This document shows, piece by piece, positions 17,063-24,925 of a DNA stretch of 32,000 nt; positions within the stretch are counted from its first letter, which is position 1; each line of letters opens with the position of its first letter. The DNA is taken from NCBI RefSeq assembly GCF_000019605.1, contig NC_010482.1:1110001-1142000 (forward strand). The letters are read 5' to 3'. The notes beneath the pieces were generated by a model. The model ran no database searches. It saw nothing but the letters and a program-made list of their open reading frames with translations, and was not told the origin of the DNA. Both the position numbers and the translations under genes were made by a program. The DNA is from Candidatus Korarchaeum cryptofilum OPF8. Lineage in GTDB: Archaea; Korarchaeota; Korarchaeia; Korarchaeales; Korarchaeaceae.

Positions 17063-19039
17063 ATGGGCATGAGTGAAAAGGTTAGAGGATCTGAGAATAT
17101 CAGGATAGGTGTTTATGTTTGTCACTGCGGTTTGAACATAGCTGGCGTGATAAACGTGAAGGAGCTCGTTGAATACGCTAAAACTTTGCCTAATGTAGTG
17201 GTTGCCAAGGAATACATATTCATGTGCTCCTCGCCGGGTCAGAACTTGATAAAGGAGGATATTGAGCAATGTAAACTCAACAGGATAGTTATAGCTGCAT
17301 GCGGGCCTGAGATGCATGAACCTACGTTCAGGGCGGCAGTATCCGAGGCCGGGCTCAACCCGTTCTTAATAGATCTAATAGCCATACGTGAGGGAAGCTC
17401 TTGGGTGCACTATGATGATCCTAAAAGAGCTACGGAGAAGGCAAAGGACATGATAAGGATGTCAGTAGCTAGAGTTAGGAACCTGGAACCCTTGGAGAAG
17501 ATAAAGGGAGAGGTCAAGCACGAAGCGCTTGTGGTGGGTGGAGGAGTTGCGGGGCTTACAGCAGCTCTAGATCTAGCTAATAGGGGGTTCGATGTCCATT
17601 TAGTCGAGAAGAGACCGACTCTTGGAGGGCATACTGCTATGATGGGGGTCCTGAACTGGGAAGGGAGGAGATTGTCGGGTAGGGAGATTGTGAGGACTCT
17701 GATTAAGATGGTCAAGGATAATCCGAAGATAAAGGTCTACACGAACTCCGAGGTAGTTAAAGTCGATGGATCAATAGGAAACTTCAAGATAACTGTTATG
17801 AGGAAGCCTAGATACGTAAATGAGAGATGTAATTTATGCGGAAAATGTGAGGAGGTCTGCCCAGTTTCCGTCCCCGACGAGTACGAGTACGGCATAAAGA
17901 AGAGGAAGGCCATATATCTCCCCTATTCAGGCGCCTATCCGGAAAGGTATGTGATAGATCCCAATTCATGCACCTTCTGCGGCAAATGCGTCGAAGTATG
18001 CCCGGTCAATGCGATAGACCTCAATGAGAAGGAGGGGGAAATCTCCCTCAATGTTGGGGCGATAGTCATGACCTTAGGACACGATGAATATGAGCCTGCT
18101 ATAGGGGAGTATGGCTACGGTCTCTCCAAGAACGTGATAACATTGAGTCAGCTTAAGAGATATCTGAGTGATGATGGACCGACTAAAGGAGAGCTCCTCG
18201 TTAACGGCACTAAACCGAAGAACATCGTCTTCATATCATGCGTTGGCTCTCTGGGTACAACTCCTCATGCGAATCAATATTGCTCGAGAACGTGCTGCAT
18301 GGCTGCCCTATCCGAGATGCTCCATCTAAAGAGCAAGTACCCCGATGCGAATATCTTCTATGTGCACAAGGATATCAGGGTCTATGGAAGGGATGAGAAA
18401 CTGTATTGGGAAGCCATAGATAACTTAATCAAGTTCGTTAGGTTTGATGAGCCTCCTAAAGTCTCTATCGATGGTAACAAAACTTTCGTTGATGTGTATG
18501 AGAGCACCTTGCAGGAAAGGATTTTAATACCAGCCGATCTCGTCGTCTTAGTCACTGGAATGACTCCAATAAAGGAGGTAGATGCCGTTAGAAGTTTATT
18601 CAAGGTTGGATGCGGTGGAGATGGCTTCCTGAAGGAGCTCCACCTCAAGTTGAATCCTGTAGAGTCGCTGACCGGAGGGATATTCCTAGCTGGGACTGCA
18701 ACAGGTCCGAAGAGTGTTGCTGAAAGTATAATAGCTGGAAGTGCGGCTGCTGTGAAAGCTTCTATACTACTAGCTAAGGATCATATCGAGGTTGAGCCAT
18801 TAATTGCCGAGGTCGATGAGAGCAAATGCTCTGGCTGTGGGATATGTGTATCAATCTGCCCGTTCAACGCGATATCTATGCAGAAGAGGGAGGATGGGAC
18901 CAGGTACTCGAAGATAGATCCCCTACTTTGCGAGGGTTGTGGGACCTGCGTTGCCGCTTGTCCCTCGGCAGCCATACAGCAGTACGGGTATAAGGATAAG
19001 CAGATAATCCCGCAGATATTGGCTGTATTCGGGAGGTGA
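17063..19039 (+). CDS. hdrA: HdrA-like flavoprotein, full-length form
   Basis: N-terminal Cys domain (VYVCHCGLNIAG, FMCSS, IAACGP). FAD fold VVGGGVAGLTAALDLA. Inserted ferredoxin (CNLCGKCEEVCP, CTFCGKCVEVCPVNAI). FISCVGS...YCSRTCCMAA. C-terminal 2x[4Fe-4S] (CSGCGICVSICP, CEGCGTCVAACP). An alternative ATG at 17069 has better spacing to the G-run at 17057-17062. Confidence 0.9.
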   Translation: MGMSEKVRGSENIRIGVYVCHCGLNIAGVINVKELVEYAKTLPNVVVAKEYIFMCSSPGQNLIKEDIEQCKLNRIVIAACGPEMHEPTFRAAVSEAGLNPFLIDLIAIREGSSWVHYDDPKRATEKAKDMIRMSVARVRNLEPLEKIKGEVKHEALVVGGGVAGLTAALDLANRGFDVHLVEKRPTLGGHTAMMGVLNWEGRRLSGREIVRTLIKMVKDNPKIKVYTNSEVVKVDGSIGNFKITVMRKPRYVNERCNLCGKCEEVCPVSVPDEYEYGIKKRKAIYLPYSGAYPERYVIDPNSCTFCGKCVEVCPVNAIDLNEKEGEISLNVGAIVMTLGHDEYEPAIGEYGYGLSKNVITLSQLKRYLSDDGPTKGELLVNGTKPKNIVFISCVGSLGTTPHANQYCSRTCCMAALSEMLHLKSKYPDANIFYVHKDIRVYGRDEKLYWEAIDNLIKFVRFDEPPKVSIDGNKTFVDVYESTLQERILIPADLVVLVTGMTPIKEVDAVRSLFKVGCGGDGFLKELHLKLNPVESLTGGIFLAGTATGPKSVAESIIAGSAAAVKASILLAKDHIEVEPLIAEVDESKCSGCGICVSICPFNAISMQKREDGTRYSKIDPLLCEGCGTCVAACPSAAIQQYGYKDKQIIPQILAVFGR

Positions 19040-19044
19040 TATTC

Positions 19045-19470
19045 ATGAGTGGTGAATTCGAACCAAAGATAGTAGTTATCGCATGCCACTGGTGTACGTA
19101 CCAAGCGATAAATCTCGCCGGTACCAGCAGGATGAAGTATCCACCTAATGTGAGGACGATAAGAGTCATGTGCTCCGGCAGAACTGATCCTCAGTTCGTG
19201 ATTGAGGCCTTCAGAAACGGTGCTGATGGCGTCTTAGTAGCCGGATGTCATCCTGGCGATTGTCACTATGTCAACGGTAATATGAAGACAATGAGGAGGA
19301 CCGTTCTGCTCGAGAAAATGCTGGAGCAGATGGGGATTGAGAAGGGAAGGTTTAGGAGAGAATGGATCTCGGCAGCCGAAGCTAAGAAATGGGTCGATGT
19401 TGTTACTGAGATGGTGGATCAGATAAAGAAGTTGGGCCCGCTTAAGCTAGCTGGAAGGGGTGATGAGTGA
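19045..19470 (+). CDS. mvhD: Methyl-viologen-reducing hydrogenase delta subunit MvhD
   Basis: KIVVIACHWCTY...RVMCSGR...VAGCHPGDCHY. GGGAGG (19031-19036) lies 8 nt upstream of the ATG at 19045. A GTG at 19036 overlapping the hdrA stop is an alternative start. Confidence 0.9.
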   Translation: MSGEFEPKIVVIACHWCTYQAINLAGTSRMKYPPNVRTIRVMCSGRTDPQFVIEAFRNGADGVLVAGCHPGDCHYVNGNMKTMRRTVLLEKMLEQMGIEKGRFRREWISAAEAKKWVDVVTEMVDQIKKLGPLKLAGRGDE

Positions 19471-20429
19471 TGGCAAAGGCTAAGATAGCCTTCTATTGGT
19501 GCGCCAGCTGTGGAGGTTGTGAGGAAGCCCAAGTCGATCTAGCTGATAAACTATTTGACTTGATAGAGGCCGCAGATATTGTGCTATGGCCAGTCGCTAT
19601 GGACTTCAAGAAGGAGGACGTGGAGAAAGTGGGAGATGGCTCTATAGATGTCGCTATCATAAACGGTGGGATAAGGACGAGTGAGCATGAGGAGATGGTG
19701 AAGCTCCTCAGAAGAAAGTCGAAGCTCGTTATTGCCTATGGCAGCTGCGCACATATGGGAGGGATCCCTGCCCTCGCTAATGCTTATACGAGGGAGTCCA
19801 TTCTGAAGTATGTATACGAAGAAGCGCCTACTGTAACTAACCCAGAAGGGAAGAGGCCTAAAACTAGAGTGAGTGTGGACGGAATGGATTTTGAGTTACC
19901 TGAGTTTTTAGAATACTTAGATCCATTGGATGCTGTAATAGACGTCGATTATTACATTCCGGGATGCCCTCCGACACCGGAGATAACTTGGGAGGCCGTA
20001 TCTTCTATACTCTCCGGCAATCTACCACCGAAGGGCCACGTGTTCGGTAGCGATAGGGCTTTGTGCTACGAGTGTCCGCTCAATGAGACAAAGCCTGAGA
20101 AGGTGACTATTGACACTATAAAGAGGGTCCATCAAACCGAGCTGGATCCTAATAAATGCTACTTGACTCAGGGTGTATTGTGCATGGGACCGGTCACCAG
20201 GGGCGGATGCAAGGCTCTGTGCATCAAGGGGAACATGCCATGTACGGGATGCTTCGGTCCAGTCGATGGTGTAAGCTATCAAGGGGCTAAAGCGCTTTCC
20301 TACTTCTCCTCAGTAATAAACATCGATGATGAGGATGCCTTCAGGAAGCTTGTTGAGGAGGTCGGTGTCGATCCTCTTGGATGGTTCTCCAAGTACTGCC
20401 TCGGGAAGGGTACCATAAAGAGGAGGTGA
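19470..20429 (+). CDS. mvhG: [NiFe]-hydrogenase small subunit, group 3c type (MvhG)
   Basis: N-terminal FYWCASCGGCEEA, with no twin-arginine signal. Also GSCAHMGG, GCPP and CMGPVTRGGCKALCIKGNMPCTGCFGP. The ATG overlaps the mvhD TGA by 1 nt. Confidence 0.9.
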   Translation: MAKAKIAFYWCASCGGCEEAQVDLADKLFDLIEAADIVLWPVAMDFKKEDVEKVGDGSIDVAIINGGIRTSEHEEMVKLLRRKSKLVIAYGSCAHMGGIPALANAYTRESILKYVYEEAPTVTNPEGKRPKTRVSVDGMDFELPEFLEYLDPLDAVIDVDYYIPGCPPTPEITWEAVSSILSGNLPPKGHVFGSDRALCYECPLNETKPEKVTIDTIKRVHQTELDPNKCYLTQGVLCMGPVTRGGCKALCIKGNMPCTGCFGPVDGVSYQGAKALSYFSSVINIDDEDAFRKLVEEVGVDPLGWFSKYCLGKGTIKRR

Positions 20430-20434
20430 TACTG

Positions 20435-21895
20435 ATGAAGGAGGTCATAATAGATCCAATAACGAGGTTGGAAGGGCATGGAAAGATAACGATAAAGTTG
20501 GATGAGAATGGAAACGTCAAAAGAGCTCTACTTCAAATTCCAGAGCTAAGAGGATTCGAGAAGTTTCTAGTAGGCAGAACTGTTGAAGATGCTCCTCAGA
20601 TAACTTCTAGGATATGCGGTGTATGCCCATGGGCCCATCATATGGCCGCTACGAAGGCCCTAGATGATTTATTCAAAGTAGATCCTCCGCTAACAGCTAA
20701 GCTGATCAGGGAGTTCGTCTACAATGTATTTATGCTCGAGGATCATTCTCTGCACTTCTACGTATTAGGAGGACCCGATTTCTTGGTAGGACCGAAGGCT
20801 CCGAAGGAGGAGAGGAACCTCGTCGGCATAATTAGGAAGCTGGGCGCCGATATAGTCAAGAACATTATAGTGACCAGAAAGAAGCTCAGGTATTTGGAGC
20901 AGCTTATAGGAGGGAAGATAACGCACCCTGTCTTGGGACTGCCAGGAGGGGTCGCCAAACCCCTCTCAGATGAGGACTGGAAGTTATGCTATGAGACAAC
21001 TAAGGAGGGTATAGAATTCGCTAAATTCGCGTACAGGGCCCTTAAGGATCTGGTCCTCTCGAACGATGAGTATGTAGAGCTCATGAGATCCGATATCTAT
21101 ACACATAGGACTTATTACATGGGGCTAGTTGATCAAGGGAACAATGTTAATTTCTATGACGGGAAGATAAGAGTCGTAGATCCTGAAGGGAAAGAATTTG
21201 CTAAATTTGGTGCGAGAGAGTACTTAGATCACATAGCTGAAGACGTGGAACCTTGGAGCTACGTCAGGTTCACCTATTTGAGGAGGGTCGGCTGGAAGGG
21301 GTTCATCGATGGGAGAGAGAGCGGTATATACAGCGTTGCCCCACTGGCTAGGCTGAATGCCTCGGATGGGATGGCAACGCCGATGGCCAATGAGCTCTAT
21401 AAGGAGTTCTACCAAGCAATGGGAGGAAAGCCCGTCCATAATACCTTAGCTTTCCACTGGGCTAGGGTAGTCGAGATGGTCTATGCTGCTGAGAGAATGA
21501 TGGAGCTTATTGAGAATCCTGAGATAAAGAGGAAAGAAGTCAGAAACATCCCAAAGGAGAAACCGGATGTTGGGATAGGCGTCGTCGAAGCGCCCAGGGG
21601 GACCCTTATACATCACTACGAGACCGATGAGAAGGGTATAATAAAGAAAGCTAATCTAATCGTCGCGACACAAAACAATTCGGCAAGGATGGTTTTATCC
21701 GTAGAGAAAGCAGCAAAATCCCTCATAAAGAATGGGAAGGTAGATGATGGAATATTGAATATGGTCGAGATGGCGTTCAGAGCTTACGATCCATGCCATG
21801 CATGCGCAACACACTCTCTTCCGGGATCTATGCCCCTCATAGTCAGGATATACGACAGTGAGGACAACCTGATAAAAGAGATAAGAAGGGACTAA
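20435..21895 (+). CDS. mvhA: [NiFe]-hydrogenase large subunit, group 3c type (MvhA)
   Basis: ITRLEGHG, the L1 motif RICGVCPWAH and the C-terminal DPCHACATH, followed by a 26-aa extension. AGGAGG (20421-20426) lies 8 nt upstream of the ATG at 20435. Confidence 0.95.
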   Translation: MKEVIIDPITRLEGHGKITIKLDENGNVKRALLQIPELRGFEKFLVGRTVEDAPQITSRICGVCPWAHHMAATKALDDLFKVDPPLTAKLIREFVYNVFMLEDHSLHFYVLGGPDFLVGPKAPKEERNLVGIIRKLGADIVKNIIVTRKKLRYLEQLIGGKITHPVLGLPGGVAKPLSDEDWKLCYETTKEGIEFAKFAYRALKDLVLSNDEYVELMRSDIYTHRTYYMGLVDQGNNVNFYDGKIRVVDPEGKEFAKFGAREYLDHIAEDVEPWSYVRFTYLRRVGWKGFIDGRESGIYSVAPLARLNASDGMATPMANELYKEFYQAMGGKPVHNTLAFHWARVVEMVYAAERMMELIENPEIKRKEVRNIPKEKPDVGIGVVEAPRGTLIHHYETDEKGIIKKANLIVATQNNSARMVLSVEKAAKSLIKNGKVDDGILNMVEMAFRAYDPCHACATHSLPGSMPLIVRIYDSEDNLIKEIRRD

Positions 21896-21903
21896 ACTCA
21901 CTC

Positions 21904-21916
21904 TTTTTTTAAAAAA
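21904..21916 (+). terminator. T7A6 tract between mvhA and the maturation protease gene (possible partial terminator)
   Basis: TTTTTTTAAAAAA lies 9 nt after the mvhA stop and runs into the ATG of the next gene. Confidence 0.3.
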
Positions 21917-22374
21917 TGAGGATCCTCGTCCTCGCTCTTGGTAATGATTTATTTGGGGATGATGCAGTCGCTTTCCTCGTAGCTGATGAAATATCATCTT
22001 CTCTCCCTGAGGATTCCGTAAATGTTATAAAATCCAGTGAATCTGGGTTACATCTCCTGGACTACTTCCTAATGGGATACGATCATATAATACTGGTAGA
22101 CTCCATCGTGGGAGAAGAGGTCGGTAGGATCGTCCAGATAGACCCTAAATCTTTGAGGAGGTCCCTCGCGCCCTCTCCACATTACAGCGGACTCCCTGAG
22201 ATCCTAGCATTACTCGATGAAATAGGAGAGGATCTCCCTGAGGTCGAGATCTATGCTATAGTTATAAGAGAGCCTAGCTTGGGCTCTCCTATTAGCGACG
22301 ATGTCAAAGTTGCAGCCAAAAAGTTAGCTGAGATTCTCTTAGAGAGAATATCGCAAATCCTCCGAGCTTCTTAA
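21916..22374 (+). CDS. Hydrogenase maturation endopeptidase (HycI/HybD/FrhD family)
   Basis: ILVLALGNDLFGDDAVA, a central ILVDS and a downstream SPHYSG His. 152 aa. It is placed directly after the large-subunit gene that carries a cleavable C-terminal extension. Confidence 0.85.
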   Translation: MRILVLALGNDLFGDDAVAFLVADEISSSLPEDSVNVIKSSESGLHLLDYFLMGYDHIILVDSIVGEEVGRIVQIDPKSLRRSLAPSPHYSGLPEILALLDEIGEDLPEVEIYAIVIREPSLGSPISDDVKVAAKKLAEILLERISQILRAS

Positions 22375-22416
22375 ATGTTTATATTGTAAGACTTCTCCCC
22401 GTTCGGGTGGAGGCAA

Positions 22417-22851
22417 ATGCATGAATGGTCCCTAGCTGAAGCTATATTGGAGGGTTTGACCTCTCTAATGAAGCAGGAAGGCATGAAAAAGGTATCTGAA
22501 GTCGAAATTCTTTATGGTGAGATGATGGAGCTTGAGCTCGATATCCTGAAGTTCGCCTTGGAGGAGTTGTCTAAGGAGACCCCCATGAAGGACACTAAAT
22601 TCATATTTTCGGAGGAGAGAGCTTCATTCAGATGTAACTCCTGCGGATATAGGTGGAATTTCGAGCAAGCGCATTCCTCACTGAGTGAGGAGCTCGGTAT
22701 AAGGGAGCTAGCGGGGGAGAGGGAGAGCCCTATTCACTTCATCCCCGAGCTAGCTCAAGCTCTAATGAGATGTCCTAATTGCGGTAGCAGGGACTTCGAG
22801 ATCGAGAGCGGGAAAGGGATAAGGATCTCGAGGATAGTCTTCGAGGGGTGA
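22417..22851 (+). CDS. hypA: Hydrogenase nickel-insertion metallochaperone HypA
   Basis: N-terminal MHEWSLA nickel site. Zn site CNSCG ... CPNCGS with an archaeal-type insert containing IHFIPE. GGTGGAGG lies upstream. Confidence 0.9.
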   Translation: MHEWSLAEAILEGLTSLMKQEGMKKVSEVEILYGEMMELELDILKFALEELSKETPMKDTKFIFSEERASFRCNSCGYRWNFEQAHSSLSEELGIRELAGERESPIHFIPELAQALMRCPNCGSRDFEIESGKGIRISRIVFEG

Positions 22852-22857
22852 GCTTAA

Positions 22858-23619
22858 ATGGATCCTCTATTCGAGAGAGCTAAGAGCAAGATCGAGAAGG
22901 TAGGAAAAGTAACTTTAGTTGCTTCCGGAAAGGGAGGTGTGGGTAAGAGTGTAGTATCATCATCAATAGCCTTAGTTTCAGCGAAAAGAGGCCTTAAAAC
23001 GGGATTGCTTGATTTGGATGTACACGGTCCCTCTATCCCGAAGATCTTCGGTTTCAACGGGGAGATTGTAGCTGGGAAGGAGGGCCTCATACCTCCTACC
23101 TTAAACGGGGTAAAGATAATGTCCTTCGGTTTCATGATAGGAGAGAATCCCCTACCCCTGAAGGGAGAGGATAAAAGATCCGCTCTATCTTTACTCTTAG
23201 CGATAACAGACTGGGGGGAGCTGGATCATTTAGTGATAGACATGCCCCCTGGAACTGGTGATGAAACGATATTCTGCATTAGAGCCCTCAAATCCGCGAA
23301 AGCAAATGCTCTGATCGTTACGACGCCATCTTCTCTATCCCTCTCGGTCGTGTCGAGATTGGTAGAGCTATTGAGAGGGGAAGGGATAAATCTGCTAGGG
23401 CTCGTGGAGAATATGGCATACTTCAGATGCAATAACGAACTTATCAGACCGTTTGGTAGTATAGATGAGGGCTTCCTCAGTAAATATGGCCTGAGGGTCC
23501 TGGAGAGCTTACCTATAGATCCCCTCATCGAGGAAAATATAAAAAGCGGGAGACTACTCGAATCCTCTGGGGAGTTCAGATCTAAGATTGAGTCCCTGTT
23601 CGATAAGATCGTTGGGTGA
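22858..23619 (+). CDS. hypB: Mrp/MinD-family P-loop ATPase in the HypB position (ATP-type HypB)
   Basis: Deviant Walker A ASGKGGVGKS and Walker B LVIDMPPGTGDE. The region where ApbC/NBP35 carries its CxxC reads ENMAYFRCNNELIRPFG, with a single Cys. The gene sits between hypA and hypC. The window contains no GTPase-type HypB. Confidence 0.75.
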   Translation: MDPLFERAKSKIEKVGKVTLVASGKGGVGKSVVSSSIALVSAKRGLKTGLLDLDVHGPSIPKIFGFNGEIVAGKEGLIPPTLNGVKIMSFGFMIGENPLPLKGEDKRSALSLLLAITDWGELDHLVIDMPPGTGDETIFCIRALKSAKANALIVTTPSSLSLSVVSRLVELLRGEGINLLGLVENMAYFRCNNELIRPFGSIDEGFLSKYGLRVLESLPIDPLIEENIKSGRLLESSGEFRSKIESLFDKIVG

Positions 23620-23624
23620 TGCTC

Positions 23625-23837
23625 ATGTGCCTAGGGATACCCGGTAAAGTCCTAGAGGTTAGGGGGAATATAGCCCTAGTCGATTTCGGAGGGGTCACTA
23701 GGGAAGTAGATGCTAGTCTCGAGGAAGTGGCTCCAGGGGACTACGTATTAGTTCATGTGGGCATGATAATAGCTAAGATAGATGAGAAGGAAGCGATGGA
23801 GATATCCAAGCTTTTGAGCGAGATCTTGAGCTATTAG
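23625..23837 (+). CDS. hypC: Hydrogenase assembly chaperone HypC
   Basis: MCLGIPGKV, with the essential Cys2. The start is therefore placed at ATG 23625 rather than the listed GTG at 23616. 70 aa. Confidence 0.9.
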   Translation: MCLGIPGKVLEVRGNIALVDFGGVTREVDASLEEVAPGDYVLVHVGMIIAKIDEKEAMEISKLLSEILSY

Positions 23838-23845
23838 GTGATCCT

Positions 23846-24880
23846 ATGGAGGGATCTATAAAACTATCTCACGGATCCGGAGGGAAGGAAACAAGCCTTA
23901 TCCTTAAATCTCTAATATTATCAGCTCTCTCCGAGGAGGAGCTATCTTTGAGAGGAGGTGTTGGCCTCAAGGAGCTGGATGATGGTGCAGCAATTCCATT
24001 GCCAGATGGGACCTACTTAGTGGTCTCAATAGATGCTTACACAGTGAACCCTCCCTTCTTCCCTGGAGGTGATCTAGGCAAGTTAGCTGCCTGCGGGACG
24101 ATAAATGATATTCTCATGATGGGAGGGGAGCCAAAAGCTATTCTAGATTCTATAGTAGTTGAGGAAGGTTCCCCTATCTCTGATGTGAGGAGGATCGTGA
24201 ATAGTTTCATCGGTGTCCTCAGGGAAGAGGGAGTTAAGCTAATAGGCGGGGATTTCAAAGTCATGCCGAGGGGACAGCTGGATAGATACGTCGTAACGAC
24301 CGCTGGCATAGGGATAGCGAAGAGGCCCATAGTTGACTCCAGCATAAAGCCGGGGGATAAGTTGATAGTCACTGGAACGATAGGAGAGCACGGAGCGGCC
24401 ATACTCTCCGCTCAGGAAGGGATAGCGGTAGAAGGGAAGCTTGAGAGTGACGTTAATACTTTGAGCAAGCTCATGCTACCTCTGTTAGGGGCTTATGGTG
24501 ATAAAGTTCATGCTGCGCAGGATCCGACTAGGGGAGGGCTAGCTCAAACTCTGAATGAGTGGGCTCAGAAGTCAGGGCTCTTCATACTGGTGGAGGAGAG
24601 GAAAATTCCGATGAGGGATGATGTGAGAGCGTTCACTGAGCTCTTGGGAATAGATCCTCTGGCTTTAGCTTGCGAGGGCAGAGCAGTCCTGGGAGTTGAG
24701 GGGGATTCCGCTGAGGATGTATTGAGCTTCATTAAGGAGTTGGGTTATGAGGAAGCTTCTATAATAGGTGAAGTGAGGGAAAGCGAAAAGTATAGCGGGA
24801 TAGTTGTCATGAGGACATCCGTGGGTGGCCTGAGGATACTGGAACCACCTTCTGGCGTCATAGTACCAAGGATCTGCTGA
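23846..24880 (+). CDS. hypE: Hydrogenase maturation protein HypE (carbamoyl dehydratase)
   Basis: KLSHGSGGKE, DAYTVNPPFFPGGDLGKLAACGTINDI, and the invariant C-terminal PRIC. Confidence 0.95.
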   Translation: MEGSIKLSHGSGGKETSLILKSLILSALSEEELSLRGGVGLKELDDGAAIPLPDGTYLVVSIDAYTVNPPFFPGGDLGKLAACGTINDILMMGGEPKAILDSIVVEEGSPISDVRRIVNSFIGVLREEGVKLIGGDFKVMPRGQLDRYVVTTAGIGIAKRPIVDSSIKPGDKLIVTGTIGEHGAAILSAQEGIAVEGKLESDVNTLSKLMLPLLGAYGDKVHAAQDPTRGGLAQTLNEWAQKSGLFILVEERKIPMRDDVRAFTELLGIDPLALACEGRAVLGVEGDSAEDVLSFIKELGYEEASIIGEVRESEKYSGIVVMRTSVGGLRILEPPSGVIVPRIC

Positions 24881-24925
24881 GTTTCATGTGGGAAAGTTTA
24901 TTAGTTAATCTCGGAGGCTACTCAG

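Noticed and set aside
17063-21895. Selenocysteine (in-frame TGA) in the HdrA, MvhD or MvhA homologs, as in Methanococcales.
   Set aside because: All four ORFs are uninterrupted, and the relevant positions encode Cys (for example DPCHACATH in MvhA).
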